Of a stretch of 64,000 nucleotides of DNA, positions 47,587-56,897 are shown piece by piece. The stretch is taken from positions 64,001 to 128,000 of IMG/VR virus record IMGVR_UViG_3300030329_006012; one strand, given 5' to 3'. The translations under genes and the position numbers were made by a program. The stretch comes from a virus. Numbering within the stretch: position 1 is the stretch's first letter; each line of letters starts with the position of its first letter. Under the pieces are notes generated by a model. The model did not search any database, was not told the DNA's origin, and saw only the letters and a list, made by a program, of their open reading frames with translations.

Positions 47587-47804
47587 CAAAAAGATTCAAT
47601 TCTCTTGTGGTGATCCACAAGAACAAATTGAAGATTACGGAGAGGAGAACTCTGCGAGGCAGAGAGGAGACGGAGGCAGCTCGTGAGGAGCTGTGCAAGA
47701 AGTACGAAGATAGCGAATACGATGTTTTTGTTACCTATGGTGGCCCATTCGATGTATTAGGGTGGATGCTTCTTAGGGGACTAGAAAAAACAGAACTTAA
47801 CTAA
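47583..47804 (+). CDS. hypothetical protein
   Basis: 73 aa, ATGA overlap with dnaE stop. Confidence 0.55.
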   Translation: MTKRFNSLVVIHKNKLKITERRTLRGREETEAAREELCKKYEDSEYDVFVTYGGPFDVLGWMLLRGLEKTELN

Positions 47805-47814
47805 GGAGAACAAT

Positions 47815-48291
47815 ATGATGTTAGAATATGCTAGAGTTAGAAAGGGTGCTCACCCACCAGAAAGAGCAAACCCATCCGATGCCGGATTGGATTTATACTT
47901 TAACCCAGAGGACGCAAAGGATGTCACAATTGAACCGGGAACCAGCGCGGTTTTGGCAACGGGTTGTCGCTTTGGCGTCCCTCACGGATATATGCTTGAG
48001 ATAAAGAATCGAAGCTCGGTTGCTGCTAAGAGAAGTCTTATCGTAGGCGCCTGTGTGGTCGACTCCGGTTACGATGGTGAGGTTTTTGTGAATCTCCACA
48101 ACATTGGACGAGAGCCTCAAACATTAAGCCCTCAAGATAAAATCGCCCAAGCCGTGATGGTTCCGGTGGTGCATTTCCGAGCACTGGAAACACACAGCGG
48201 CGATCTTTATGGCTGGTATCCCATCACAATGAGTGGTCGAGGCGATGGTGCCTTGGGCTCCACTGACGGAGGAAAAAATGAAAAAGCATGA
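47815..48291 (+). CDS. dut: trimeric dUTPase
   Basis: DAGLDL, KNRSS, GACVVDSGYDGE, KIAQ, RGDGALGSTD. Confidence 0.95.
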   Translation: MMLEYARVRKGAHPPERANPSDAGLDLYFNPEDAKDVTIEPGTSAVLATGCRFGVPHGYMLEIKNRSSVAAKRSLIVGACVVDSGYDGEVFVNLHNIGREPQTLSPQDKIAQAVMVPVVHFRALETHSGDLYGWYPITMSGRGDGALGSTDGGKNEKA

Positions 48292-48757
48292 TATGAATAC
48301 GCTCTTCAGCAGCAAAAGCATGGAGTGGGCAACCCCTAGAGACTTTTTTCGTAAACTAGACAAGGAATTCGGATTCGATCTAGACCCTTGTGCACAAAGC
48401 CACAACGCAGTGTGTTCTGCATTTTTTACACCAGAAGAAGATGGCCTCCTTCAGAGTTGGGAGGGGAAGACAGTTTTCGTCAACCCTCCTTATGGTCGGT
48501 CCATTGGCAAGTGGATCAAAAAGGCATACGAAGAGGGGTGCAAGGAAAACACTACTGTCGTGATGCTTATCCCAAGCCGTACCGATACTAAGTATTGGCA
48601 TGATTATGTGATGAGGGCATCAGAAGTTCGCTTGATTAAGGGGCGCCTCAAATTTGGCGGAGGCAACAATTCTGCCCCATTCCCATCAGCCGTTGTTATC
48701 TTTAGAGATGAGACCGGGAACGCAATTGAGAACCCACCCAGCTTGACGGTGATGTAA
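48278..48757 (+). CDS. phage DNA N6-adenine methyltransferase (Dam-type, phage family)
   Basis: EWATP..FF..LD.EF.FDLDPCA, DGL..SW....VFVNPPYG, LIPSRTDT.YW, LIKGRLKF, APFPS. Confidence 0.9.
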   Translation: MKKHDMNTLFSSKSMEWATPRDFFRKLDKEFGFDLDPCAQSHNAVCSAFFTPEEDGLLQSWEGKTVFVNPPYGRSIGKWIKKAYEEGCKENTTVVMLIPSRTDTKYWHDYVMRASEVRLIKGRLKFGGGNNSAPFPSAVVIFRDETGNAIENPPSLTVM

Positions 48758-49029
48758 TGGTGAGAAAAGTTAAGAACAAAAAGAAGCACAAGGACATTCA
48801 AAAGGACTTGAAGCAGAAAATGGGCCTCTTTGATCAGTTGCCAACTGAGTGTCTGGCATGTCAGGAGCCATTTGATCGAAGCGACCGAGAGCAGGTCATG
48901 TCTTGGAATGTGGTTGTTAAGAGGGAGCCAGACTTGGTTCGCCTTTATTGCCCCGTGTGCTGGACAAAGGCACAGGAGGTGGTGAGGGACTTTGAAAAGA
49001 GGCTGAGGGATCGAGATGTCGGACAGTAA
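48757..49029 (+). CDS. hypothetical zinc-finger protein
   Basis: CLAC and CPVC pairs. Confidence 0.7.
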   Translation: MVRKVKNKKKHKDIQKDLKQKMGLFDQLPTECLACQEPFDRSDREQVMSWNVVVKREPDLVRLYCPVCWTKAQEVVRDFEKRLRDRDVGQ

Positions 49030-49372
49030 GATAGAAGAGTATGGTTGGTTGAACAGGAGGGTCTATCCTAGTCTCTACTATGACAGTACCGATACGGTGT
49101 ACGTGAATCTGATCATGAAGCTTGAATATGAAAAGCTAACTAAGACGGAGTTTTTCCGTGCCATTGTCGACGGGTTTGTGGGCGATGATGAAAACATTAA
49201 TAATTTTATTAAAGAATATAAGGAGAAGAAGTTGGTGGATAGTAAAAGAGGGCGCCGCCTGATGGCAAAAGAAAGGCAAGAGGCTGAAGAAATAAATAGA
49301 AAGTTTGCGCTATCTCCGGAGGACATTGAGAACATTTTCGATCTCATTGGCGATGGTGACGCCGATGTTTAA
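49016..49372 (+). CDS. hypothetical protein (possible ribbon-helix-helix DNA binder)
   Basis: 118 aa, overlapping start/stop with neighbours. Confidence 0.65.
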   Translation: MSDSKIEEYGWLNRRVYPSLYYDSTDTVYVNLIMKLEYEKLTKTEFFRAIVDGFVGDDENINNFIKEYKEKKLVDSKRGRRLMAKERQEAEEINRKFALSPEDIENIFDLIGDGDADV

Positions 49373-49685
49373 AGACCCTCTCAGCATATATACCGAACAG
49401 GATGCTGCTACGGCCCACATCGATGGCGATCCTCACAAGAGAGAGTGCGTGGCTGCTTGTGAGTCGGCACAAGTTTCTTGCCCCAACAAGGAGTGCAGGT
49501 ATTGGATAGATTATGCCGATGACCTGAATTGCACTTTCGTAACAGTTGATAAAAATGAGGGCGGCCTAACTTTGCGGGAGATAGGAGAGCGCCTCGGAGT
49601 CAGCTTTGTCCGGGTTTGTCAGATTGAAAAGGGTGTTTTGGAGAAGTTGAAAAAGAAAATCCAAAATACCGTTTTAGGCAAATAA
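49353..49685 (+). CDS. sigma-70 region 4-like HTH protein with Cys-rich N-terminus
   Basis: LTLREIGERLGVSFVRVCQIEKGVLEKLK; C..AC....SC...ECRYW......NC. Confidence 0.75.
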   Translation: MVTPMFKDPLSIYTEQDAATAHIDGDPHKRECVAACESAQVSCPNKECRYWIDYADDLNCTFVTVDKNEGGLTLREIGERLGVSFVRVCQIEKGVLEKLKKKIQNTVLGK

Positions 49686-49790
49686 AAGGGGTTTTTACAA
49701 ATAACCACACTAATTATAGGAGTTATTCTGCATTTCGCAGAGTATATCTTGAAAAAATCGATTTAAACTACATCAAGAGGAGATAGTACT

Positions 49791-50594
49791 ATGAGTAAGA
49801 AACTTTTAAACGAATCAACAGTTCGTCGTTTCATGGGATTAGCTAACCTCGCTCCACTTTCGGAATCCTTCCTGGATAACCAAGTGAACGAGGAAGAAGA
49901 GATTGCCGAAAACGAAGAAGTAGTTGAAGAAGCAATTGAAGAAGGTGGCGCAGCCGCTCGAACCGGAAACGAGGGCCACGACGTGGGCAAAGGTCGCATG
50001 ACTGCTGATCGCATCCACGAAGACGAAGCTGTCGAAGAAGAAGTTAAAGCCGAAGGCTTGGTAAACATCCAAGAAGACGAGCTTGAAGACGAAGAAGAAG
50101 CCGCAATGGACGATGAGGTCGCTATGGACGCAGCTGTCGACTTAGGCGCTGAAGAAGATGAGCTTGAAGCTGAAGCCGGAGATGACTTGGCCTCAAAAGC
50201 ACAGGCAATTTTAGCTGATTTAGCTGACTTGCTGACTCAAGCTGGCATCGAAACAACTGTTACTTCTGACGAAGAAGAAGCAGCTGCAGACGACATGGCA
50301 GACGCATCCGACGATATGATGGACGCTGCTGACGACATGGAAGACGCCGAAGAAGACTTGATGCAAGAGACTGGTGCTAAAGACACCGGCGCCTCTGCAG
50401 GCGACGACTCTAAAACTCATCCTGGCGAAAAAGACTACACCACCAAAAAGGGTAGTGATCTTAAGCACGATGATGACGACGGAACATGGGGAGACAAGAA
50501 GGGTGAAAAAGCCTACAATGAATCCCAAACTACAGCAGTTGACGCTTTAGTTGCTGAAATTACTTCCAAAGTAATCAGCCGCTTAAACAAGTAA
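49791..50594 (+). CDS. highly acidic late protein (possible internal head protein)
   Basis: 267 aa, AGGAG RBS, ACTAATTA motif at 49709, E/D-rich. Confidence 0.8.
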   Translation: MSKKLLNESTVRRFMGLANLAPLSESFLDNQVNEEEEIAENEEVVEEAIEEGGAAARTGNEGHDVGKGRMTADRIHEDEAVEEEVKAEGLVNIQEDELEDEEEAAMDDEVAMDAAVDLGAEEDELEAEAGDDLASKAQAILADLADLLTQAGIETTVTSDEEEAAADDMADASDDMMDAADDMEDAEEDLMQETGAKDTGASAGDDSKTHPGEKDYTTKKGSDLKHDDDDGTWGDKKGEKAYNESQTTAVDALVAEITSKVISRLNK

Positions 50595-50608
50595 TCTTGT
50601 TTTAATAC

Positions 50609-50658
50609 TTTACAAAAGCACTGTAATGTTATATAATGTAACAAAGCAGTGCTTTTTT
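50609..50658 (+). terminator. terminator hairpin overlapping a sigma70-type promoter
   Basis: AAAGCACTG...TGTTA-TATAATG-TAACA...CAGTGCTTT + T run; TTTACA-17 nt-TATAAT inside. Confidence 0.6.
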
Positions 50659-50672
50659 GTATGGAGTAGAAA

Positions 50673-51083
50673 ATGACAATACTATATGTTATCGGAGCCT
50701 TTATTGCTGGAATGCTTTTTTACAAAGTATGCAGCGCCTTGGCAATTATCTTTGGCTTAAAGAGCCAGCTTTTGCATGTGGTGGAAAACGAAATCATCGA
50801 GTTTGCCTTGACTGTCTACAGTCGCCTAATCATGTCCCTCGAAACTGGTTACATCACAATGCGAACTTCCGGCGTTTCGGAGGAAGCAATAAAAAGAATC
50901 AGAAACGAAGACGAGCACGATTTGCGAGAGTGGAAAAAAGAGGTAATGGAGAAGTTCGTCGACTCGTACCCCAATGTCTACAAGGACATGTTGTCGGTAA
51001 GGACATGGGAAGACGCAATGAAGCAGCTCACCGCGTATAAAGAATTCCCAGAGGAGGCATCCCGTGATGAAAATTCTGCTTGA
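50673..51083 (+). CDS. hypothetical protein with N-terminal transmembrane helix
   Basis: 136 aa, GGAG RBS, hydrophobic N-terminus. Confidence 0.7.
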   Translation: MTILYVIGAFIAGMLFYKVCSALAIIFGLKSQLLHVVENEIIEFALTVYSRLIMSLETGYITMRTSGVSEEAIKRIRNEDEHDLREWKKEVMEKFVDSYPNVYKDMLSVRTWEDAMKQLTAYKEFPEEASRDENSA

Positions 51084-51918
51084 AATTGTTGAGGCCATCT
51101 TTTCTCTTTTCAGGGGCGTAACTAAGAAAAAAGTATTGACGACTAATCTGGACTACCAGAAGCTTGGTGTTGACATCAACGGACACGAGATGGGCACAAC
51201 TGCCGATTTAAGCGAGGAGGATCTGGAACACGCAAGACATCAGTTTCAGATAGACTTTCAGCCAGAGAAGAATATAATCTGCAATAATCACGAAGTCTCT
51301 ATCGATTGGGAAGATACGCTACTTTGGACGGAGCCTGGTGCGCTGATGTGCAAGTCTAACCAATACAAAACCATCTCCGGAAATCGTGGACAGTCCATTG
51401 ACAAGATTGTGGTTCACTGGGATGGTTGCCTCAACTCCGCACAATGTGCCAAGGTGCTTGGACAGAGAGGGCTCTCGGCGCATTTCTGCATCGACAACGA
51501 CGGCACGATCCACCAGCTGATGGACACAAACCACGTCGGCTGGCATGCCAGAGGTGTCAATTCGAAGAGTATTGGAATCGAGATCTCTAATGCAGTCTTC
51601 ATGAAATATGCCGAAAAATATGATCCACCACGGCCCGTTACACCCGCCAGCACTCTGCACGGAAAACCATTTCCAGAGCATCTCGGCTTCTATGATGTTC
51701 AGGTCGACGCACTCAAGGCGCTATTAAAAACCCTTTGTGGGTTCTATAATGTGCCTTTAGAGTGTCCAAACCAAAATGGCGAACTAATTAAGGGTGTCAT
51801 TAAGGCATCTTCGTTCAAAGGCATCATCTGCCACTATCATGTAACGGAGAACAAGAGCGATCCTGCGTGTCTGGACTTGGCAAAGGTTATCGAGGAGATT
51901 AAAGATGAAACAGATTGA
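51064..51918 (+). CDS. N-acetylmuramoyl-L-alanine amidase (Amidase_2 type endolysin)
   Basis: IVVHWD, SAHFCIDNDGTIHQL, WHARGVNSKSIGIEI, ICHYHV...KSDP. Confidence 0.9.
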   Translation: MMKILLEIVEAIFSLFRGVTKKKVLTTNLDYQKLGVDINGHEMGTTADLSEEDLEHARHQFQIDFQPEKNIICNNHEVSIDWEDTLLWTEPGALMCKSNQYKTISGNRGQSIDKIVVHWDGCLNSAQCAKVLGQRGLSAHFCIDNDGTIHQLMDTNHVGWHARGVNSKSIGIEISNAVFMKYAEKYDPPRPVTPASTLHGKPFPEHLGFYDVQVDALKALLKTLCGFYNVPLECPNQNGELIKGVIKASSFKGIICHYHVTENKSDPACLDLAKVIEEIKDETD

Positions 51919-53764
51919 TGAATTGGTAGAAGAAGTGATGAATGAAATCATAGAGGGATACAGTCCAGCCGGCTCGGTAGGACACCCCATCGGCGCATCT
52001 GCATCCGCAAATGGACCCTACACTCCTGATTCCCAGAAATTTAAAGGCATCGATCCCGACGAAGAGGGGATGGAGCGATTCTTGGCCGAGGTAAAGAAAG
52101 ATTTAAAAGTTACCTGGGAAACCCTCCCGCAACCAAGCGTAACAGAATTGCAGTGGGCAGATCCCACAAGTGCTGAGCGAGCCGAACTGGAGGCATTTCT
52201 TAACAAGGTTGCCCCCGGAAAGAATCTTGGCGAAAAGCTAGGAAAGATACAGGACGTCATAGAAAAGGGGTTCACTAAAAAAACGGCCATGTCGACGGTG
52301 CTATCTTACTTGGTGTTCCTGAAGACGCTCACCTACATTATTACTTCCTTTAACAGTGCGAGCGCCGGATTTACTTTTGAATCCTTTCTTGGCGTCTTGC
52401 TCGGAGGAAAGCAGATTCCTGCTGGCGGCAACACCATCGCCGACTACATTGACGGAGAAGGTGAGTTCGTCTCCCTTAAGTTACTAGGAGTCAGAGGTTC
52501 CGAAGGAACGGACAGCGCCTCCACAATTGATGGTTCGTTTACACAACTTATTGACGACCTCTCTGGGAGCAGTGTTCCTGCAGGCGGTAAGATGAAATAT
52601 ATTATTGCCCTCAAGGACTTGCAAGGAGAGGGAGATAAGCTCGGTGGCGTTATAACTGTTTATGAGTTTACATTTAGTCGCGACAATCTTGCTGACTTGA
52701 TGGAGCTTACTCCAAAATCACGAGCAGCTTTTTCCCTGATCAAGCCTGAATACCGCGACCGCTGGAGCGAAGAAGATTACAAGATGGAGTTTGAAGATTG
52801 GCTAGAAAGGGCAGTTGTACAGGATGAGGGCGATGCTCCCGATGAGACAATTGTAGCTGCCGCAATGAGCCGCCTTCTAAACGCCCCCATTGATACCATC
52901 GTCGCTCATCTAGGAGCCCTTGGCCTCGAACTTTCGGATGACATCACGCGCACTCCACCAGAAGGCAAAAGCCTCTACAGTAACGCCAAAAGCAGCAACA
53001 CTGGTGTAAGAGAGACAGCACTAGGCCAAATCCGCAAAGAGTTGGCAGAGGACGATGACTTTATCACAGCGGTCTCTAAATATATCTACGAGAAGGCATA
53101 TACCACCGTGAAGGCCAAGAGAGATTTCGAAGATTGGAAAGGGCTTTCGGCACAAAAGAGGGAGGATCCAAAAACAAACAAGCCAGATCCAAGCTCTGGC
53201 GACTGGTCGCGAGGCAAAAAGCTCGACAAAACGGGCAAGGCAATAAAGGGCGCCCTTACAAGTCTGTGGGACAAGCAAACAGCAGATCTTCCAACTCGCA
53301 AAGATTCAACCGATGCCAAGAAGGGAGAACTAAAGAAAGCCAAAGAAGAGATGATTATGTCTTTTGACGATTCTGTCGCTGAACTAAGTAAATTCCCCAA
53401 AGGCAAAAAAGGCGATGCAGAATACTATGACCATATCAAGAAGTATTCTATGGGCTACGGAGGAAAGGGAGAGCCACAGTTCCAGCTAACGCAGAATGAC
53501 GTGATGACTGGCAGGGCCGGCTCCGGCGTACCAATCGGGAAGCTAACCGTTGGCCGAGAAGCAGTTGAACGCGCCCTCAAGCAATCTGTAAACGATATCA
53601 ACGAGAAAATGTTTGCAGCTTTCAACAAGATGAGTGAGCTCTCCAAGAGCTTGCAAAACTTCTTCTTGAAGGGGCTTCGAAGCAAAGAAGGCACAGACGC
53701 TATCTCCGCCTCAAGGGGAATTGCCAAAGATACCGGCGACCTCATGAAGCAAAAAAACAAATAA
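51905..53764 (+). CDS. large hypothetical protein
   Basis: 619 aa ORF; SAGFTFESFL...IAD...SLK weakly resembles a PD-(D/E)XK arrangement. Confidence 0.75.
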   Translation: MKQIDELVEEVMNEIIEGYSPAGSVGHPIGASASANGPYTPDSQKFKGIDPDEEGMERFLAEVKKDLKVTWETLPQPSVTELQWADPTSAERAELEAFLNKVAPGKNLGEKLGKIQDVIEKGFTKKTAMSTVLSYLVFLKTLTYIITSFNSASAGFTFESFLGVLLGGKQIPAGGNTIADYIDGEGEFVSLKLLGVRGSEGTDSASTIDGSFTQLIDDLSGSSVPAGGKMKYIIALKDLQGEGDKLGGVITVYEFTFSRDNLADLMELTPKSRAAFSLIKPEYRDRWSEEDYKMEFEDWLERAVVQDEGDAPDETIVAAAMSRLLNAPIDTIVAHLGALGLELSDDITRTPPEGKSLYSNAKSSNTGVRETALGQIRKELAEDDDFITAVSKYIYEKAYTTVKAKRDFEDWKGLSAQKREDPKTNKPDPSSGDWSRGKKLDKTGKAIKGALTSLWDKQTADLPTRKDSTDAKKGELKKAKEEMIMSFDDSVAELSKFPKGKKGDAEYYDHIKKYSMGYGGKGEPQFQLTQNDVMTGRAGSGVPIGKLTVGREAVERALKQSVNDINEKMFAAFNKMSELSKSLQNFFLKGLRSKEGTDAISASRGIAKDTGDLMKQKNK

Positions 53765-53769
53765 AACAC

Positions 53770-53797
53770 TTTACAAATTCCGATAATTGGTTATAAT
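53770..53797 (+). promoter_or_regulatory. sigma70-type promoter upstream of groEL
   Basis: TTTACA-16 nt-TATAAT. Confidence 0.6.
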
Positions 53798-53830
53798 ATA
53801 TATAGGTAACAATTTTTAGCGGGAGTTTCA

Positions 53831-55402
53831 ATGAAGAAATACAATAATGGCAACGACTTAGCCGAAAGAATTCTTTCTGGCGTGAACAAGCTTGCGGACA
53901 ACGTGGCATCAACAATGGGCCCCGGAGGTCGTAATGTTATTTTGCACCAAAAGGGTGGCAACCCCATTATCACCAAAGACGGTGTAACGGTCGCCAAGTT
54001 CGTGGAGTTTGAAGATCCCTTTGAGAACGCGGCCGCGCAAATTATTAAGCAAGCATCCGAAAAAACGAATTCACTCGCCGGCGATGGCACCACCACCGCC
54101 ACTGTTCTGGCACGTGCCATTCTCACTAACGCACAAAAATACTTAAAGGCCGGTTCTAACCCCGTTGACCTTAAGCGAGGCATAGACCAAGCGGTTGAGT
54201 CCGTAGTTGACTCTGTGTCTGAGCAGTCAAGGCCCATCTCCAGCGAGGAAGACATTGCAAACATTGCGACCATTTCTGCCAATGGAGATACTTCCATTGG
54301 AGACTTGGTAGCCAAGGCAGTAGACTTGGTTGGGAAAGATGGGGCCATCACTATACAAGAGGCTCGCTCTCATGAGACCACGCTGGATGTGGTCGAGGGC
54401 TTTAGATTCGACAGCGGGATCTGTGCCAATGCTCTTATCACCGACGAGCGTCGAGGGATATCTAAGCATGAGGATGCACTGGTTCTTGTTACCGACTCTT
54501 CGATTGAAACTGTAGAACAAATTTTCCCACTTCTTGAGGTCGCGGCCAGAGAGAGTCGGCCACTCGTGATTGTTGCAGAGAACGTAGAGGGGCAGGCCCT
54601 TGCCGCACTTATCATGAACGCCGTCCGTGGCACCATGAAGGTGTGTGCAATAAAAGCCCCACGTTATGGCGAAGAGCGCAGAAACATATTGAGCGACTTG
54701 GCCCTGTCCGTCGGTGCCACCTTTGTATGCCGGGAAAGCGGCATGAGACTGCAGGATGCAAACCTTGAACATTTGGGGAGAGCCAAGACCGTAGAGGCAA
54801 GTAAGTATAACACTACGATTGTCGGTGGGAACGGAAACCAAGAAGATATTGATCACCGCATCGGAACCCTAAAATCATCCATGACTGAAGTTGAGGATTT
54901 GCGAGAGTGTGAAAAAATACAAGAAAGAATCACGAGACTCTCCAGCGGCATCGCCATAATCAACGTCGGTGGCGCCACAGAAGTAGAGATGATCGAGAAG
55001 AGGCATCGTATCGAGGATGCCCTATCCGCAGTAGACTCAGCGCAGGTTGAAGGCATCGTTGCCGGCGGCGGAACTGCTTTAGTAAATGCCTCCAGATCTC
55101 TTGACCGCTTGTCATCTCGCAACGAGGATCAGGGACTTGGAATTGAGATAGTCCGCAAAGCTTTAGAGGAGCCATTGCGACAAATGGTCAAGAACTCAGG
55201 CAAGTCTGCAGATGTAGTACTCGAAAAGGTGAAGTCTTTCAAATCTCCCCACAAGGGTTACAACGTCGCCACCTCCAGGTACGAAGATCTGGTATCTACT
55301 GGTGTTCTAGATCCAGCCAAGGTCACAAAAACCGCCCTTCGGAACGCAGCTTCAGCCTCCTCAGTTTTGCTGACAGCCGACTTCGCTATTATCGAAAGTT
55401 AG
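53831..55402 (+). CDS. groEL: chaperonin GroEL (lacks the GGM tail)
   Basis: TMGPGGRNV, ITKDGVTVAK, AGDGTTTATVLA, ATISANGD, GFRFDSG, KAPRYG, GIVAGGG, GVLDPAKV. Confidence 0.97.
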   Translation: MKKYNNGNDLAERILSGVNKLADNVASTMGPGGRNVILHQKGGNPIITKDGVTVAKFVEFEDPFENAAAQIIKQASEKTNSLAGDGTTTATVLARAILTNAQKYLKAGSNPVDLKRGIDQAVESVVDSVSEQSRPISSEEDIANIATISANGDTSIGDLVAKAVDLVGKDGAITIQEARSHETTLDVVEGFRFDSGICANALITDERRGISKHEDALVLVTDSSIETVEQIFPLLEVAARESRPLVIVAENVEGQALAALIMNAVRGTMKVCAIKAPRYGEERRNILSDLALSVGATFVCRESGMRLQDANLEHLGRAKTVEASKYNTTIVGGNGNQEDIDHRIGTLKSSMTEVEDLRECEKIQERITRLSSGIAIINVGGATEVEMIEKRHRIEDALSAVDSAQVEGIVAGGGTALVNASRSLDRLSSRNEDQGLGIEIVRKALEEPLRQMVKNSGKSADVVLEKVKSFKSPHKGYNVATSRYEDLVSTGVLDPAKVTKTALRNAASASSVLLTADFAIIES

Positions 55403-55445
55403 GCATACAAAATACTACTTACTGTTATGGGTGAGGAAATATATT

Positions 55446-55730
55446 ATGGATGAAAACCAATATCAACTTTTGGCTACCGAAGTTAAAGCTTCTCTTGATG
55501 TCCTTTCTGTAAAGATGGATGATCTAAAAGAAAAACAAGAAGAGGTCGCGGCCATTGTCAATCGAGTAGAGAAGTCCCTCTATGAACCGGATCAGGGATT
55601 ATATGCTCGCGTCCGAGATCTGGAGCAGTGGAAGAAAAACCAATCCAAGATGATGGCAATGGTGGGTACCGCAACTTTATCGATGGTTGTTTATTTTATA
55701 AAAACGGCTATTGAGTATATCGTATCGTAG
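55446..55730 (+). CDS. coiled-coil protein with C-terminal transmembrane helix (holin/spanin-like, uncertain)
   Basis: LYEPDQGLYARVRDLEQW followed by hydrophobic helix; ACTACTTA at 55414. Confidence 0.65.
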   Translation: MDENQYQLLATEVKASLDVLSVKMDDLKEKQEEVAAIVNRVEKSLYEPDQGLYARVRDLEQWKKNQSKMMAMVGTATLSMVVYFIKTAIEYIVS

Positions 55731-55741
55731 GAGAAGATAGA

Positions 55742-56095
55742 GTGGCCGAAGAGACACAGAGAGTATCAATTCGCTATAGTGTAGATCTGGCGGAGGTCCC
55801 CACAAGGGTAAAGATTATGCTTGTGGAGCTGGCCCAGGCTTGCGGTGGACTTTCCAAGTCTATTAGGGAGACCGGCAATATGGCCGAAGAGGATCCACAC
55901 ACGTGCAACCAAAGAATGACGAAGTTGATTAGCGTTTTAGAGAAAATGATAGTGCGCGTAGAAGACTGTCTTGAGATTTCAAACGGATTTCTTCAGTTGA
56001 CAGAGGAGCCAGAGGAAGAGCCCCAGCCTAGTGGTTCGGGCGATTCACCGCCCGTGACTCCATACAAGCAAGTGACGACGCTTGTTAGAAAGTAA
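55742..56095 (+). CDS. hypothetical protein
   Basis: 117 aa, GTG start with GGAG RBS. Confidence 0.65.
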   Translation: MAEETQRVSIRYSVDLAEVPTRVKIMLVELAQACGGLSKSIRETGNMAEEDPHTCNQRMTKLISVLEKMIVRVEDCLEISNGFLQLTEEPEEEPQPSGSGDSPPVTPYKQVTTLVRK

Positions 56096-56099
56096 TCTT

Positions 56100-56528
56100 A
56101 TGCAAATAGAGTGTAATTTTCGAAGTATCCCAAAAACATCTTTTGGAAAGAGCGGCGCCCCTCTCAAGCAGGGAAGATATCTATCCTCGGTATTCAAGGT
56201 AAGTGGCTATGGGGAGAGTAAATGGATTGTGGGGTGTTATTTAGACATTGACTATGAGCCATATCTTAGGAAAATGTCAGAACAAGAATTTATGCAGGGA
56301 TGCGTAGAGTTTTTGAATCAGCCGCCCAAGAGAAAAAGATATGAGAAGAGGAGAAAAACACCCCTCTACGGGACTCTGGAACTCTATGACTACACCTTTC
56401 GTACTAGCGGAGAGGATCGTTTTGTAGAGATTATGCTAATTACTGACGACCCCAATAATGAGAACTTCTGGGGAAAGGGAATTAGCTATGGAGTCCAGAA
56501 GAGAAGCCGCCGCAAAAGAAGGGCTTGA
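56100..56528 (+). CDS. hypothetical protein
   Basis: ATG 56100 immediately after previous stop. Confidence 0.65.
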   Translation: MQIECNFRSIPKTSFGKSGAPLKQGRYLSSVFKVSGYGESKWIVGCYLDIDYEPYLRKMSEQEFMQGCVEFLNQPPKRKRYEKRRKTPLYGTLELYDYTFRTSGEDRFVEIMLITDDPNNENFWGKGISYGVQKRSRRKRRA

Positions 56529-56853
56529 GAAAATAAAAACATTCCTCCGCGATAACGGAATTAAGCTCACAATGTCTTCGGGCGAGGAGAACTACCTCGA
56601 TCACGCCGAGGGAGAAATTGTAGTTTCCAGCGCACAATCATCTGAGAACGTCCTCTATACCATACTCCACGAGGTGGGCCACTATTTTCTGGAAACGGAA
56701 TTTTATAGCAATACGCGCATCGGCCTGTTGGTTGCCGAGGTCTTGGCCTGGGATCGGGGGCATGATGTGGCAGCTGTACTACAGATAGATATCCACCATG
56801 AGGCGTGGCAAGCTCTGATGGAGTCTTGCTTGAGCGAATACCTCCAGCAATAA
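56488..56853 (+). CDS. HExxH metallopeptidase-like protein
   Basis: LYTILHEVGHY ... E..AW..G pattern (ImmA/IrrE-like zincin). Confidence 0.65.
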   Translation: MESRREAAAKEGLEKIKTFLRDNGIKLTMSSGEENYLDHAEGEIVVSSAQSSENVLYTILHEVGHYFLETEFYSNTRIGLLVAEVLAWDRGHDVAAVLQIDIHHEAWQALMESCLSEYLQQ

Positions 56854-56897
56854 ACATCCTCCTTTATATAAAATAATCCACTACTTACTTATGTTAA

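Noticed and set aside
35110-55402. Bacterial chromosome or prophage interpretation because of recA, dnaE, groEL, nrdJ, rpsU
   Set aside because: These genes are divergent, interleaved with phage-type genes, co-oriented with a full T4-like virion module, and no integrase or bacterial operon context is seen
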